A stretch of DNA of 64,000 nt. Source: Felis catus (Eukaryota). This document shows positions 36,391-48,346 of the stretch, in pieces. The stretch is from contig NC_058368.1 of NCBI RefSeq assembly GCF_018350175.1, positions 122,142,001-122,206,000 of the forward strand. The letters run 5' to 3'. Below the pieces are notes generated by a model. That model made no database searches. It worked only from the letters and a program-made list of their open reading frames with translations, and was not told the origin of the DNA. The stretch's first letter is position 1, and every line of letters starts with the position of its first letter. Both the position numbers and the translations under genes were made by a program.

Positions 36391-36691
36391 TATTCGAGAG
36401 GGTTGTTTTTTTTTTTTTTTTCAGTCTCTGCCACATAAGCATTTTGGTTATGGTGCCTACTTTTTGAGGAAAAACAAAAGGGAAAAAACCCCGCTATCAA
36501 CCACACTTGTGATGCTATTGATTACCATTTTGTTTTGTTCTGAAATTTCCACTTCAGGCAGATTTCCAAGCATTCAGATAGAAGCAAAATGAAACACATG
36601 TACTCCATGAGCATACGGCTTATTGCAAGAAACAGAACCTATGAGAAACCAGAGGAGGTAACCTTTAACAAGCGAGGGAAAATAAAGTGTT

Positions 36692-36734
36692 TGTGTGTGT
36701 GTGTGTGTGCGTGCATGCATGTATGTGTGTGTGT
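36692..36734. repeat. Interrupted (TG)n microsatellite
   Basis: TG run with a GCATGCATG interruption. Confidence 0.9.
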
Positions 36735-37064
36735 AGGTAAGTGAATGGGGGAGGCTCTGGCCTCAAAGAATGTATGTACAACTTTTCTAGTTTTAGCTGT
36801 AGCTCAAATTTTAAAGCCAAATATTTGAAACTTGGATCCTATTTCATCAAAGTTGAAATAGAAAGAAATCAGAGGAAACAACAAATGTTTAAGTGAAAGG
36901 TGGTGTTATTGTGAACCAGACTGCTAATTGGTAATGTCCATAATGAGGCAGGGCTAGCCTGGATACAGAATTATGAGGAGGGAAGGACTTGCCTTTGGTG
37001 TGGAAAAATAGATGGGACTTTGTCACTCTCCCACTGCAGTGTGTTCCTACTCTACCAGTGACTG

Positions 37065-37500
37065 TTGATTCATTCGTGAATTTATTCATCCATTCCGCCA
37101 CTCTGTACTAAACGTCTACCAGTTACCAGGCACTGAAGATACAATAGGAAAAACCAGAGCAACTGACAGTTAGTCCCTTGTGCTACTTACAGTCCAATGA
37201 AGGACGGAATTATACCAGACACGGCTATGCCAAATGAGCCATGCCAACATGAGGGATGGCCAAGTAGCTCTGGGAGCACTTGGTGGGGCTGTCCAACAGC
37301 ATCTGGGGATGGTGTTGAGCTGTCAGGAAGTAAATCTTCTGAGGAAGTGGCATTCTAGCTGAGGCCCAAAAGATAAGCCAGAGAGCAAAGGGGGATGGCA
37401 AAGAGGAAGAAAAAAACTGTGATAGTTGGTATATTGGAGGAACTAAAAAGAAGTTTGGTGTGTCTTAGGTGTGAAGTTTGGTAGAAAACATGGCTGGGGA
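37065..37500 (-). mobile_element. L2 relic
   Basis: (ATTC)n-like start, CCAGGCACTGAAGATACA, GAGGAAGTGGCATTCTAGCTGAGGCCC. Confidence 0.75.
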
Positions 37501-37544
37501 AGTAAGCAAATCTTAGAACCACGCTGATTTGAGACATGACTTCT

Positions 37545-37770
37545 GAGGTCTGCACAGGCTTAGAGTCAAATGTTGCTGAGTTTGATTTGCGGTTCTGATC
37601 TTTCCCAACTGCCTGGGCAAGTCACTTCACTTGGAAGCCTTGTTTTCCTTATCTAGAAATGGAATGGAAATATACCTACTTCATAAGACTGATTGAAAAA
37701 TTGATGACCGGACATGACTCTATGTGGCAGATCAGAGTATTCAATTAATGGGAGCTATGGCTGTTCCTTC
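37545..37770 (+). mobile_element. MIR relic
   Basis: CCTGGGCAAGTCACTTCACTT...TTTCCTTATCT...ATACCTACTTCATA. Confidence 0.75.
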
Positions 37771-38200
37771 TGCAATGGTCAAATAAAATGGCATTTCCAC
37801 ATGGAACAATATCTCAGAGAACATAAATTCTATCACCATCATTTTAGGCATCAGCAAGGCTAGATGTGTTGACATTGTGGGGTGGCATAACTTCCTGAAG
37901 TGTCTCAGTCACATATTCCATATGGGCGGTTGGTCATATCTCTAGTTCCAAGACAGCAAAGATTTCCCAATATAAGCAGTGGAGTCACTTGATAAAATAT
38001 CATTTTAGCCAGTCTTTCCATCTGCTGGTACACTGTTCTGATCATTCATGTTGCTTAATAAGATCTTTAAATTACTATCACATCCCCCTCTGAGGGGACA
38101 CAGGAAGTAAATGAAATAAATAGCCATACACAAGGGTTACCAATATAGGAGATAACCATGTTTTTGTTAGCAGCCTTAAGAATCCTGGTAAGCAAGGACC

Positions 38201-38233
38201 AAAAAAAAAAAAAAAAAAAAAAAACAAAAAAAA
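38201..38233. repeat. Poly(A) tract
   Basis: Long A run with one C. Confidence 0.95.
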
Positions 38234-38308
38234 CCCACCTCAACCCCTAGACAATTATTATGACTGTGTTTTTTTTTTTATTTGTTAAAAAAAAAAAACA
38301 ATGGTTTA

Positions 38309-38494
38309 GGGCCTCCTGGGTGGCTCAGTCAGTTAAGCGTCTGACTCTTGGTTTCAGCTCAGGTCATGATTTCACAGTTTGTGAGTTCTAGCCCAATATT
38401 GGCTTCTATGCTGACAGCTCAGAACCTGCCTGGGGTTCTCTCTCTCTACCCTTCCCCCAAAAAAGTAAATAAACAAACAAACTAAAAATAACAA
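38309..38494 (+). mobile_element. CanSINE
   Basis: CCTGGGTGGCTCAGTCAGTTAAGCGTCTGACTCTTG head; A-rich tail. Confidence 0.93.
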
Positions 38495-38829
38495 AGAGAA
38501 CGGTGTATTGAGATCTTGCAGTCCTTTTGATTACTTTTCATATCACTAGCCACAAACTAACAAAACCTTTCTCTGTAGACAGACCATGCAGAAAGCAGAA
38601 GAGCTCTCCTGAGCCAAAAAGAGAAGTCTGTTGCCTAATTTCTTTCAACCTCTAAGGCTGGGGGCTTAGTTTTTATGTATGAGCTCTTTAACACATCTGT
38701 ACTGAGAATCTGCTCCATACCAGGTAACTAGGATCATACACATAGAGGACACACTTTATACTCTCTGGGAGGGCACTGGTCTGCTGGGGAGACAGAGAAC
38801 CAGTAAGTTAGCATTTTTTTCCCCAATGT

Positions 38830-39040
38830 TTTCCAGTGGCAGCACCTGTGCTAAGTGCTTTATATGTTTTATTAGAGTGGATTCTCTAAAACAACCCTTT
38901 GAACGAGGCAGTGGTCACTTCAATTTGCAGATAAGAAAACTGAGATTTAAGAGTTACTCACCCAAGGACAGATAGGTAACACGTGGAGGAGCTGGGGCAG
39001 TCTTACTCCCTGGATCCAGTTGGGAATGCTCCAGATACCT
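38830..39040 (-). mobile_element. MIR relic
   Basis: TTTGCAGATAAGAAAACTGAG...ACTCACCCAAGGACA. Confidence 0.75.
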
Positions 39041-39385
39041 TCTGGCATTACCACAATGTGTGGTTTTGAGTGTACTACGTACTGTGGAAGCACTACTGAC
39101 AGAAGGCAGGAGAGGGGAAAGGAGACACAGAGCCAGAGCCATTTCCCAAAGGAGGTAGTCTCTGAACTGGGATTTGAGGGCTGAGCAGTATGTGGCTGGG
39201 TAAAAAGCTGGAGGCAAGGAGACACCCTTGGACTTAAGTGAGCAGCATTTATACTTTCCAGAAGAGAAAGGCTTCAAGGAAATGCGGGAAGCTCAGAGGA
39301 GCGCTTGGTTATCTGTGTCAACAAAGGAAACATGTGCGACAGATGATCTAAGATTAATGTCTATTTGGCTTCCGTATACATAATG

Positions 39386-39431
39386 TTTTTATTTATTTAT
39401 ATCCTGCCTCGTTCCGCAAAGGTTTCGAGGT
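39386..39431. mobile_element. Probable Penelope-like (Penelope1_Vert) relic
   Basis: TTTATTTATATCCTGCCTCGTTCCGCAAAGGTTTCGAGG resembles the short amniote Penelope fragment as I recall it. Confidence 0.5.
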
Positions 39432-39662
39432 AAAATTCATTACAATATTTTATGCAGTGACCTTCCTAATTAAGTTTTTCTCTTCACTGTCATGTTCGTC
39501 TTTGTATTCCCCGAGCCATATGCACGGCAACGTGAATAAAAGTTGAATTGAATTTACATACTTTGAGCACACTGTAAGTAGTTAGCAAGGGCAACTGGTC
39601 CCAGAAGCTTGGTGGGTGGCGAGGAAAGCAGGGCCAAAACTTAAAATTGCTTAGACTGAATA

Positions 39663-39854
39663 CAGTATTTCACTCAATCGAAGATGCCAGTGATCAGAGG
39701 GCACACTGCTACTCCATGTGCTACTAGGAAAGAAGAAAACACGGCCAATTAAACCGAAATGCAATGTTGAGTCACTATCTACTGCAAGATGCATTCTGTT
39801 TTCAGGTATGTTAAAATACGAAAAACTGCGTGTCTTTAAAGAGATGATCTATGG
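39663..39854 (+). mobile_element. MER104-like TcMar-Tc2 MITE
   Basis: CAGTATTTCA...GAAGATGCCA...GCCAATTAAAC...AAGATGCATTC...ATGTTAAAAT...TGCGTGTCTT. Confidence 0.75.
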
Positions 39855-39869
39855 AGATGAGACTATCCC

Positions 39870-40475
39870 CTCACCAAATAGTCAGAAATTCTAAAAATCA
39901 ATGGTACTCTGAGCATGAGAGAAAATGAAGACTCTTATGCCATTTTAGATGCCAACTTGTCTAACCATCCAAACCCTAAAGATTCTGGAACTGCTTTAAT
40001 TTAGCAATTGTACCTCTAGGAATTGAACCTAAGGAAATAAACATAAAAGTTTTTAAGGGTTTCATCACAGAACTACATATAGTCATGAAGAAGAAATACC
40101 CTAAAATCATAACTAAACATATATAATGTTATATATACTATTGTATAATATAGTATATAATGTATAATATATTGTGATATATAATTATTGTAATATGATA
40201 TATATAACATTACAGTTATATAATAGATTAAAATGATGACAGAGAGATATTTATTTAAATGGAAAAACATGTTATAATAAATTAAGTTTTATAACTCAGG
40301 TGATAAAATATGTGCTACAAAAGAAAATTACTGCTGTGAAAGAAAAATACAGTTCCATCTCGTATTTACATATGAATAAAGTCTGGACGGCATATATCAA
40401 AATGTTAACAGGGGTTGTCTGGATAAAGGGATGTTAGTTGATCTTTTTCTTTCCTCTGTATTTTAATTTTTAAAA
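39870..40475 (+). mobile_element. L1ME-like 3' relic with AT-rich low-complexity insert (~40120-40230)
   Basis: TAGCAATTGTACCTCTAGGAATTGAACCTAAGGAAATAA; AAAATGTTAACAGGGGTTGTCT. Confidence 0.7.
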
Positions 40476-41490
40476 AATTGGAAACCCAGGCACTAGTTAG
40501 ACATAGACTTTTACATAGATAATATGAATGTGGATAACAGAAAACCAGCTTGACTTAGAAACTTCATTTTCTGTGGAGTAGTCTCCTGAATCTTTCCTGT
40601 TTCCTACATGAGCCTGGCTGGGCAGGTTCCAACTGAGACCCTGTTTAAAAGATATGGAAGAGGCTGTTTGATTCCCAATTGGAAATGCAACTTTACCACC
40701 TGGAGTTTCCCTCAAAAGCTGATACCTAAAATGAGAAAATAAATACTGCAGACCACAAGTATGCAAGGGTCTGGGGAACTCCAAAGGTCTGATGTCATCC
40801 TACTCTGAGCAAAGTATGAGATCCTGAGTTCAGGCAAGACAAGTTCCAGGTTCCACAACTGGGAGGGAGGGTGATGATCAGAAGTCAAGGTTAGACTTCA
40901 ATTTTTATCCTGGCTAACGTGGAAAACCACCAGATTGGTCTCTAAGTACCACACCTGCTACAAATCCACGGGTTCTTTTTTTTTTTTTTTTTTTTTTGCA
41001 AGTCATTTATAATTCTTCATGGTTGAAGTCATTTCCTGAGAGGTAAAGCCTTGGTGGCTTAGATTCCCCTTTAGGGATAAAGTATAGTAATTGATTGTGT
41101 CTACATAGTAAACTGGTCTGCCCAAAGTTCACAGGAGACATTGGTTTTGAATAGCCAGTCGTACAGCTCCTGCTTGAACAGATAAGACCGTAGACAGAAT
41201 GCATTCTGCATGTATTTTTTATCCCCAATCTCATGAGTTACCTTTTGATATGTTTTTAGTATAGCTTTATATTAATTTATAGCTTGCTTTAGAACATAAG
41301 CTGTCCTTTATACTTTTCAAGGATTATATATCTAACTTTTCCTTAATATATAGTTCAGGTAATATAATAATTTTAATTGTGCAATCAATTTTTATTTACT
41401 TGTTTATAGACTTGGGCTTGTCATTTCATTTGTCAGCTTTGCCATTTTGATCCATTTGTTATCTATTATCTATTATCTATCTTTCTTGTA

Positions 41491-41708
41491 TTTACTTATT
41501 TATTTATTTTTTTAATGTTTGTTTATTTTTGAGAGAGAGAGAGAGTGAGTGGGGGAGGAGCAGAGAGAGGGAGACACAGAATCTGAAACAGGCTCCAGGC
41601 TCTGAGCTGTTAGCAGAGAGCACGACGCTGGGCTCAAACTAATGAGCAGTGAGATTGTGACCTGAGCCAAAGTGGGACGCTTAACTGACTGAGCCACCCA
41701 GGGGCCCC
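41491..41708 (-). mobile_element. CanSINE (felid type)
   Basis: Full body; TSD-like TATCTTTCTT on both sides. Confidence 0.95.
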
Positions 41709-41860
41709 TATCTTTCTTTTGTATAATACTGGACAGTTGTAAAACCTAAAAAAATAAGACAAAGATTTCAAGTGACATGGAAGCCTAGGTCAAAGCAGGG
41801 AGGGATATAGTATTTGGGGAATGTTTGGGTATTCCAGCATTCATCTTCTCTGTCTTTCTT

Positions 41861-42049
41861 TTTTTTAATTTTTCTTTATTTTTGAGGGGGGGGGAGGGTC
41901 AGAGATAGTGGGAGACACAGAATCTGAAGCAGGCTCCAGGCTCTGAGCAGTCAGCACAGAGCCTGATGTGGGGCTCAAACTCACTAACCACGAGATCATG
42001 ACCTGAGCTGAAGTTGGACGCTTAACTGACTGAGCCACCCAGGTGCCCC
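41861..42049 (-). mobile_element. CanSINE (felid type)
   Basis: GAGACACAGAATCTGAAGCAGGCTCCAGGCTCTGAGC...GAGCCACCCAGGTGCCCC. Confidence 0.95.
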
Positions 42050-42112
42050 TGTTTGGCTTTCTTATACTACGTTCTTCTTCTGAATAACAGCACCTTGACT
42101 TCTTTTCTACCT

Positions 42113-42328
42113 TAATGTAATCTTTCTCCCCTTATCTTTTAAAATTTAGTTTATTTATTTATTTTGAGGATGGGGAGGGGTGGAGAGGGAGGGAAAGAGA
42201 ATACCAAGCAGGCTCCACACCGTCAGTGCAAAGCCTGATATGGGGCTCGAACTCACGAACCTCAAGATCATGAGCTGAGCTGAAGTCAAGAGTTGGACAC
42301 TTAGCCAACTGAGTCATGCAGGTGCCCC
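42113..42328 (-). mobile_element. CanSINE
   Basis: CCAAGCAGGCTCCACAC...GGGGCTCGAACTCACGAAC...CAGGTGCCCC. Confidence 0.93.
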
Positions 42329-43815
42329 TCTACCCTCCATTAATAGGGTTGCCAGTGCTACCGCCTTGCTCTCCTAGCAGTGGATCTACGCCTGGATAAG
42401 CAGAGTGCCCCATCCTCCTAGTCAGCATCAGTGGGGACTCAGGGATGGGCACCTAGTCCAAAACCAACAATCAGATAACTTCTCTGAAATAACTTATGTA
42501 TGGACACTGAAAAAGAGGAACTTTGTCTCTTCTTTTTCATCTTGGATTATGAGCCATAGGAACACATGTCTGGAGCTAAACCTTACTTGCTTTGGCCACA
42601 TAGGAGAAACCCATTAGCAGGAGGGAAAATAAGGCCACCACTCAAGGAGAACCAGAGCTAAAAAGGAGTACAGTGATGAACAGACCCATTTAATGATGAG
42701 TCCTTAGAGACAGGATGCTCTCCCCCACCCCACCCCTGAATTTCCAAAAAAAATCCCTTTCCTTGTTTTTAGCATAAGCTTTTTGGAGTTGGGTTTTTGT
42801 CATTTGAAAGCGCCCAAATTCTTGACTAATCCTTGGTCTTTTGGTTATCTCCCAAATCACCCTAGGCACATACACATGCTGTTTATGCACACAGAAGTGT
42901 CTGTGCTCAAAAGAATTATCTATCATAAGAGCATCCAAACAGGTATAATTTGACTGAACTGCAGTTAGTCTAAAAAGAACACAGGTGACTTAAGCCCTGT
43001 TGCTATATTTTCCATAAGTTGTAGCTTTACTAGAGAAGTGTGCCTTGTCTTTGGTTTCTCTCCCCTTGTGTTCAGACTCTAGTCCTGAACTGGCACATTC
43101 ACCCACTCCTGATGCAATTAGATACTCTAGTTCACTCTGCCAAAGACGCAGCACGGTCAGAAGGCATAGGTTTCCTCGAATCATGTCTTCTTGGTTCTCA
43201 AGATTATAAAAGACCACTTAGAAAGAAAATGATTACGAGGCTAAAGAAGATACATTAAGATTTTAACAGAAATCCAGGCTGACTTTGGAAGGCAGCTGGA
43301 AAACAGGACCCTCCTCCTCCCACCTTCTCTTCTCCCAAACAAATGCCATATGTCTGTTCACAATGCATTCTGGCTCACCGCTATGTAGTTGACCTTCAGT
43401 ACTGACAAGATGCCAAAAACACTTGGGACCTAGTTTTCCTCTCAGCTTATTGGTACAGTCATATCTAATATGGTTGAGGAAAAAATGCAAATTGTGATAA
43501 ACAGGACTGTAATACTTCAAAGTGGTGCTTCAATGAGATATATCTCAAGATGTTTCACAATATTTATGATGGCTCACAGAAGACGGAGCTTCTAGGGCCT
43601 GGGAAAATAATGCTTCTGTTACCTGGGGTGCATTCAGACCACTTCAGCATTTGTGCCATCTGTATAACATCAAAGAAGTAGGACATATTTACTGCCTTTT
43701 TCTAAGTACCATGAATTAACTCCCAGGTCAGTATATTGGATGCAGAAATGTTAACACTGGAGTTGATTATTCCACGTGTGGCAACGTAGATGCTATGTCC
43801 TCTTAAAATGACTTT

Positions 43816-44240
43816 TGTTTTGGTTTTCTAAGGCTCCTGGAGCAAAGTACCACGAACTGGGTGAATTGAAACAACAGGAATCGATCATCTCATAGTTCTG
43901 GAGGCTACATGCTTACAGTCAAGGTGTTGGAAGGGCCATGCTGCCTCTGAAACCTATAAGGAAGGATTTTTTCCTTGCTTCTTCTAACTTCTGGTGTTTG
44001 CCAGTAAACCTTGCCATTCCTCAGCTTGTAGACACAGCACTCCGATCTCTGCCTCCATTGTCACATGGTTCTCCTCTTCCTTCTAAGGACACCAGTGACA
44101 CCGGATGAGGCCCCACTCTAACTCAGTATGAAATCATTTTAAAGTGATTACATCCTATTTCCAAATAAGGTCATATTTTGAGGTACTGCTGGTTAGGATT
44201 TCAACATATCTTTTAGGGAGACATAATTCAACCCATAAAA
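43816..44240 (-). mobile_element. MaLR MLT1C-like solo LTR
   Basis: AAAGTACCACGAACTGGGTG, AGTTCTGGAGGCTA, CCTATTTCCAAATAAGGTCA, ATTCAACCCATAA. Confidence 0.88.
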
Positions 44241-44514
44241 GCTCTATCGTTGCCCCTGATTTATATACGGATGCATGCTTCTTACAAAAATAGTAAAATT
44301 ACTAAGACACATATTAAGAAGAAATTGAAAAACTATGTTTCTACCACCAAAAATAACCATGTTAAAAATGTGATGAACATCTTTTCAATTATTTCTCATA
44401 CCAACCAAATGGTTTCTCTATTATCAGAAGTAAGTCAAGTTCTGATCACTTACTTGATCAGTCAATGATACCGTGATACCTCTTCTTTCCTTTTTCCTTC
44501 CTTCCTTTCTCCCT

Positions 44515-44640
44515 TTTTCTTTTCTTTCTTTTTTTCAGATTCTATTTTTAATCAACCTCTACATCCAATGTGCGACCTGAACTCACAACGGCGAGAACAA
44601 GAGTCGTACTCTCCTCCGACTGAGCCAGTCAGGTGTCCCC
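44515..44640 (-). mobile_element. Short tRNA-derived carnivore SINE
   Basis: CTCTACATCCAATGTG...GAACTCACAAC...CCGACTGAGCCAGTCAGGTGTCCCC. Confidence 0.88.
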
Positions 44641-45000
44641 TCCCCTCTTTTTTTGATTCTACTTAAACAACTATCTTTTTAGGAAAAAATGCCTATGGAT
44701 AAGGTATCTCAATAGAAAGAAAATATACATTTTTATTCATATTACCAAGTTATCCATGCAGTAAAGGGTTATTTACTTCCACCAATAATGCATGAGAGTT
44801 CTAGTTTCTTCTCCTAATAATTATTAATGAGATACATAGATGTAAAACTTTAAGTTTATGATTATTTAAAAATATATTCCCCTTTATGAAATTCTAAACC
44901 ATGGTTCTCCTTTATTCTTAGGTAATAAACATAAAACAATTTTTATCTAGTGCTTTCATAATTTGATTTTTTTAATTTTTAAAACTTTGACTCATCCAGA

Positions 45001-45002
<2 letters not shown>

Positions 45003-45034
<32 letters not shown>
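45003..45034. repeat. (TG)n microsatellite
   Basis: Perfect TG run. Confidence 0.97.
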
Positions 45035-45035
<1 letters not shown>

Positions 45036-48000
45036 ATGCATGTAAGGTGTGAATCTGCAATCTAGAGATTTTGATAGAATGGAGTTTCATTTCTTTGTCT
45101 TGATTTTTAATTCACTCTAAAAAGTTATATGGTTTTGGAATGTAAAATCAGTGTGTTTCCTGTTCCCTTTCCAAGGGATCAGATTTACTTAATAAAAGTC
45201 CCTATACTAATTCACAGAAAAATGCATTTGTAAAATGGAACCAGGGATGTAATGTTGAGCGCACAGTCAATAAGCAGTACTTTCAGCCTCAATACCATAG
45301 TTAATTGAATTTTCCAGCATTCTTGCTACAACTACCCCCCTTCTCTCCCACTCAAAATAGCCTATGAGATTGTGAGAATAAATGAAATTACAGGGTTAAT
45401 CTTTAATCCATTCTAATGTGTTTTCTTTAAATTGCAATATTGGCAAACGTGAATCTTAAATTTTCACTAGTTCAGATTACTTACAAATCATCTCCCCAAG
45501 CCTTTATAAGAGACATGAGGTTAAGTCCCCTGGTTCAGAGAGGCAATCAAAGTTTTTGATGGCAAGAAAGCTAAAGCACAGAGGGAAGTATGTTTCTCCC
45601 CAGAGAAAACTGGTATGGGCCCATATGAGAAGTCTCAAATCAAGCTTACCAAAACAATATTTTCAGATAAAATAAAGACAACATCCCTGAGTATCTCTTT
45701 TTCTGGACCCTCACATGGATTCACTATTAAAGAACATTTATTCTCCAAATATACTATCTTCACACTGGCCTTTTCCCGTTAACTTTCCATTAGGTTGGTG
45801 GGTGATTCTGTCTATTCTCTCCGTCTTATCAACTTGTATTCAAGAAGAGCAGCCTCAATATCTTGTCTCAGGTGGATGGCATTTCATGTCAGTGGCTTGC
45901 TATTTAGCTGCAGAGATCAGCCTCCTCATCCTTATCTCTTTAAATGAGTAAATGAATACAAATTAAAGTTTTAATCTTCAGACTGTAACATCAATGGTAT
46001 TTTCACTACAAGTAGTTTCATAATGGTCTCATTACTGTTCCTAAGCGCAACACATTGAGACGTTTAAATTGTTGATTGCTACTACATATATTCTTTGAGA
46101 ACAGGTATCCAGGTAACCATGGCAATGGTGTCTCCAGGCAGGATGGGAATAGGGTGGGAAACTATTTCATTAATTGAAGAGAAGGGACTGAAAAGGTATT
46201 TTTTCAAGCTGTGGATCAGAGAGAAAGAGAGAGAGAGATGGGGAGAGAAAAGTGGGTTTCACAATCCTATTTTCTTTTCATTATTAAATTATGCAACCCA
46301 GACAAACTCCTAATGATTTGAAAGGTTTAAAGAAATCATAAGCTTAAACAAAGCAGTATTCTTAGCCTTTCCACATTATTACAGTGATTGACCTGTACTA
46401 GATCTTATTCGGTTGGGTTCTTACATAGTTTGATTGAAACTCACTGTATCTCCTGAGAAAGCAGAATTGTGTCCTGTGATTTAAGGGTAAAAAAATGGAA
46501 GAATATTCACATAAGCAAGAAGGCTGTGTAGGCGGTCTAAGAGCTCTATTTATTTCAAGCTGATGACACCTAAAAAAAGCTGATATTATCAGTAAAATTT
46601 TATTTTCAACCTTTCTTCCCTGCTTTCCCTCCAACCTTGGTAGTCAACATTTAAAAACTATAGATCTATATCTATATCTAATAAAAAAAGATATACCATA
46701 TAAAAACTATGTACATATATAAGGGCTATTTATTATATTTAAAGAGTATTACATACATTTATATAATAAAAGGTAAAGAAATACTGTGAAAAGAAGAGGG
46801 ATCTGGAGGGATATGGAGAAAAAAAACCACATACGTCTGATATGGTTTCTCAGAGGAGCCCAATGTTTTGCTTTCATTTAAAAGGTACTGCAAATTGGTG
46901 ATCAGATCAACTTCTGTTATTTAACCAAATGTGTCCCTTGTGTAACTTGCTGCTTCGACTATCTGACAGACACGTTCTAATGGACAACTTAGGATTTGCA
47001 GATACCCAATTACCCAGATAGACATCCTGACTTCTAATATATGTTGGCCACAGTTTGTAGAATTTCTTTTTAAATTAGGCCAACATATGGCACCTTAGTG
47101 ACCCATGTTGAATCTCTCCAACTCCTGATGAATGCCTCTTTGGTGCTGTGTGCTGCATCATGTAATTATTCAGGAGGAAAAATAGCCAGAAGACATTAGA
47201 TGCAACTATTACCAACAGGGAAATGAGGACTTGGCTATATTCTCAGGATCCATTCCTCAAAAGCTAAATCCACGTTTCATCCATCACTGGGAAAGGCAAT
47301 GCAGGAAATTTTATTTACAGAACTGTAGAAAGCAACCTAACTGAGTGGGTAATTATTAACCAAATGAATTTCATTTTAAAACAAACATTTCTCCTCTGCC
47401 AAACAGATTTCTATCATGGAAAGCAGTGAATTCCCCCAGAATTAGGCCACAATTCATGGTCTGAATTATAAGAGCTGCTTGGGTCTGTCCAAGTCCAATG
47501 TATGGATTACCTTGATCCCCACTGCAACCCAGAAGCTTTCAGTTACCAGGTGAGCTGTGTTCCTGTAGTGGCTGTTACTGCTGTTTAAGTGCTATGTTTC
47601 CAGGATGCACCCACTAGGAGAGCAAAGGGGAAACGAAAATAGCTATTCGTTTTCCTCAAAACTTGTAACAGAGTAGGGACAGGCATTTTCAGACCTGTCA
47701 TCATGGATAATATGGTATTATATTATGGACACATGAGTCTGATTTTTAAAAGCAGAAAATCATCACGCACGGCAACCTAATTTGAGAAAAAATATTGCTG
47801 ACAATATGGAAGAAGAACCATTGTTTCCAAGAATGAGCTGAGGGCTAGAAAGGGAGTTAACACATACCTGTGTCAGGTCTTTTGGATAACAAAGTGTTAC
47901 TACGGATCCCTGCCTCATGGCCAGCGTGCCATAGCTGCTGGCCACTCCTACCACACGATGACAAATATTGGGATTATGCAGTGGCCACAGGTGACCAGAA

Positions 48001-48126
48001 GGCTGAGTGGAATTTCTTACATTTGGGTTGTTAATCCTAATACATTAGTTTTTGAGCTAACAGGTTTTACTCATGTGGATTCTATGAAGCGACTCACCTA
48101 GTATTCCATTTCCCAAACTGTAGCTA

Positions 48127-48218
48127 CTTACACAAAAGGGAATGCCTTACACAAAAGGGAATATATTCCTTACACAAAATATGCCTTTTAAATAATGCCT
48201 TACACAAAAGGGAATATA
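48127..48218. repeat. Local complex tandem duplication of CTTACACAAAA(GGGAAT)
   Basis: Copies start at 48127, 48146, 48169 (partial) and 48199. Confidence 0.9.
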
Positions 48219-48314
48219 ATTAGCCAGTAGCTAGTATAGTCCAACTGCCCCAGTGCAAACATAAGCATTCCACTTTCAGGCAGTACCAGATGCAGACAGA
48301 CAAGGTCCTTTTTT

Positions 48315-48346
48315 GTTTGTTTGTTTGTTTGTTTGTTTGTTTGTTT
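48315..48346. repeat. (GTTT)n microsatellite
   Basis: Eight units. Confidence 0.95.

Larger units (their letters stand above)
41805..42832 (+). mobile_element. Old MaLR LTR (MLT1K/L-like) interrupted by two SINEs
   Basis: CCAGCATTCAT..TTCTTCTGAATAACAGCACC; CAGGGATGGGCAC; GGAGTTGGGTTTTTGTCATTTG..CTTGACTAAT end. Confidence 0.65.
44255..45060 (-). mobile_element. L1ME-like relic fragments
   Basis: TTTACTTCCACCAATAATGCATGAGAGTTCTAGTTTC and similar decayed motifs. Confidence 0.5.

Noticed and set aside
38267..38300. T11/A12 inverted repeat
   Set aside because: Low-complexity homopolymers next to a SINE insertion site.
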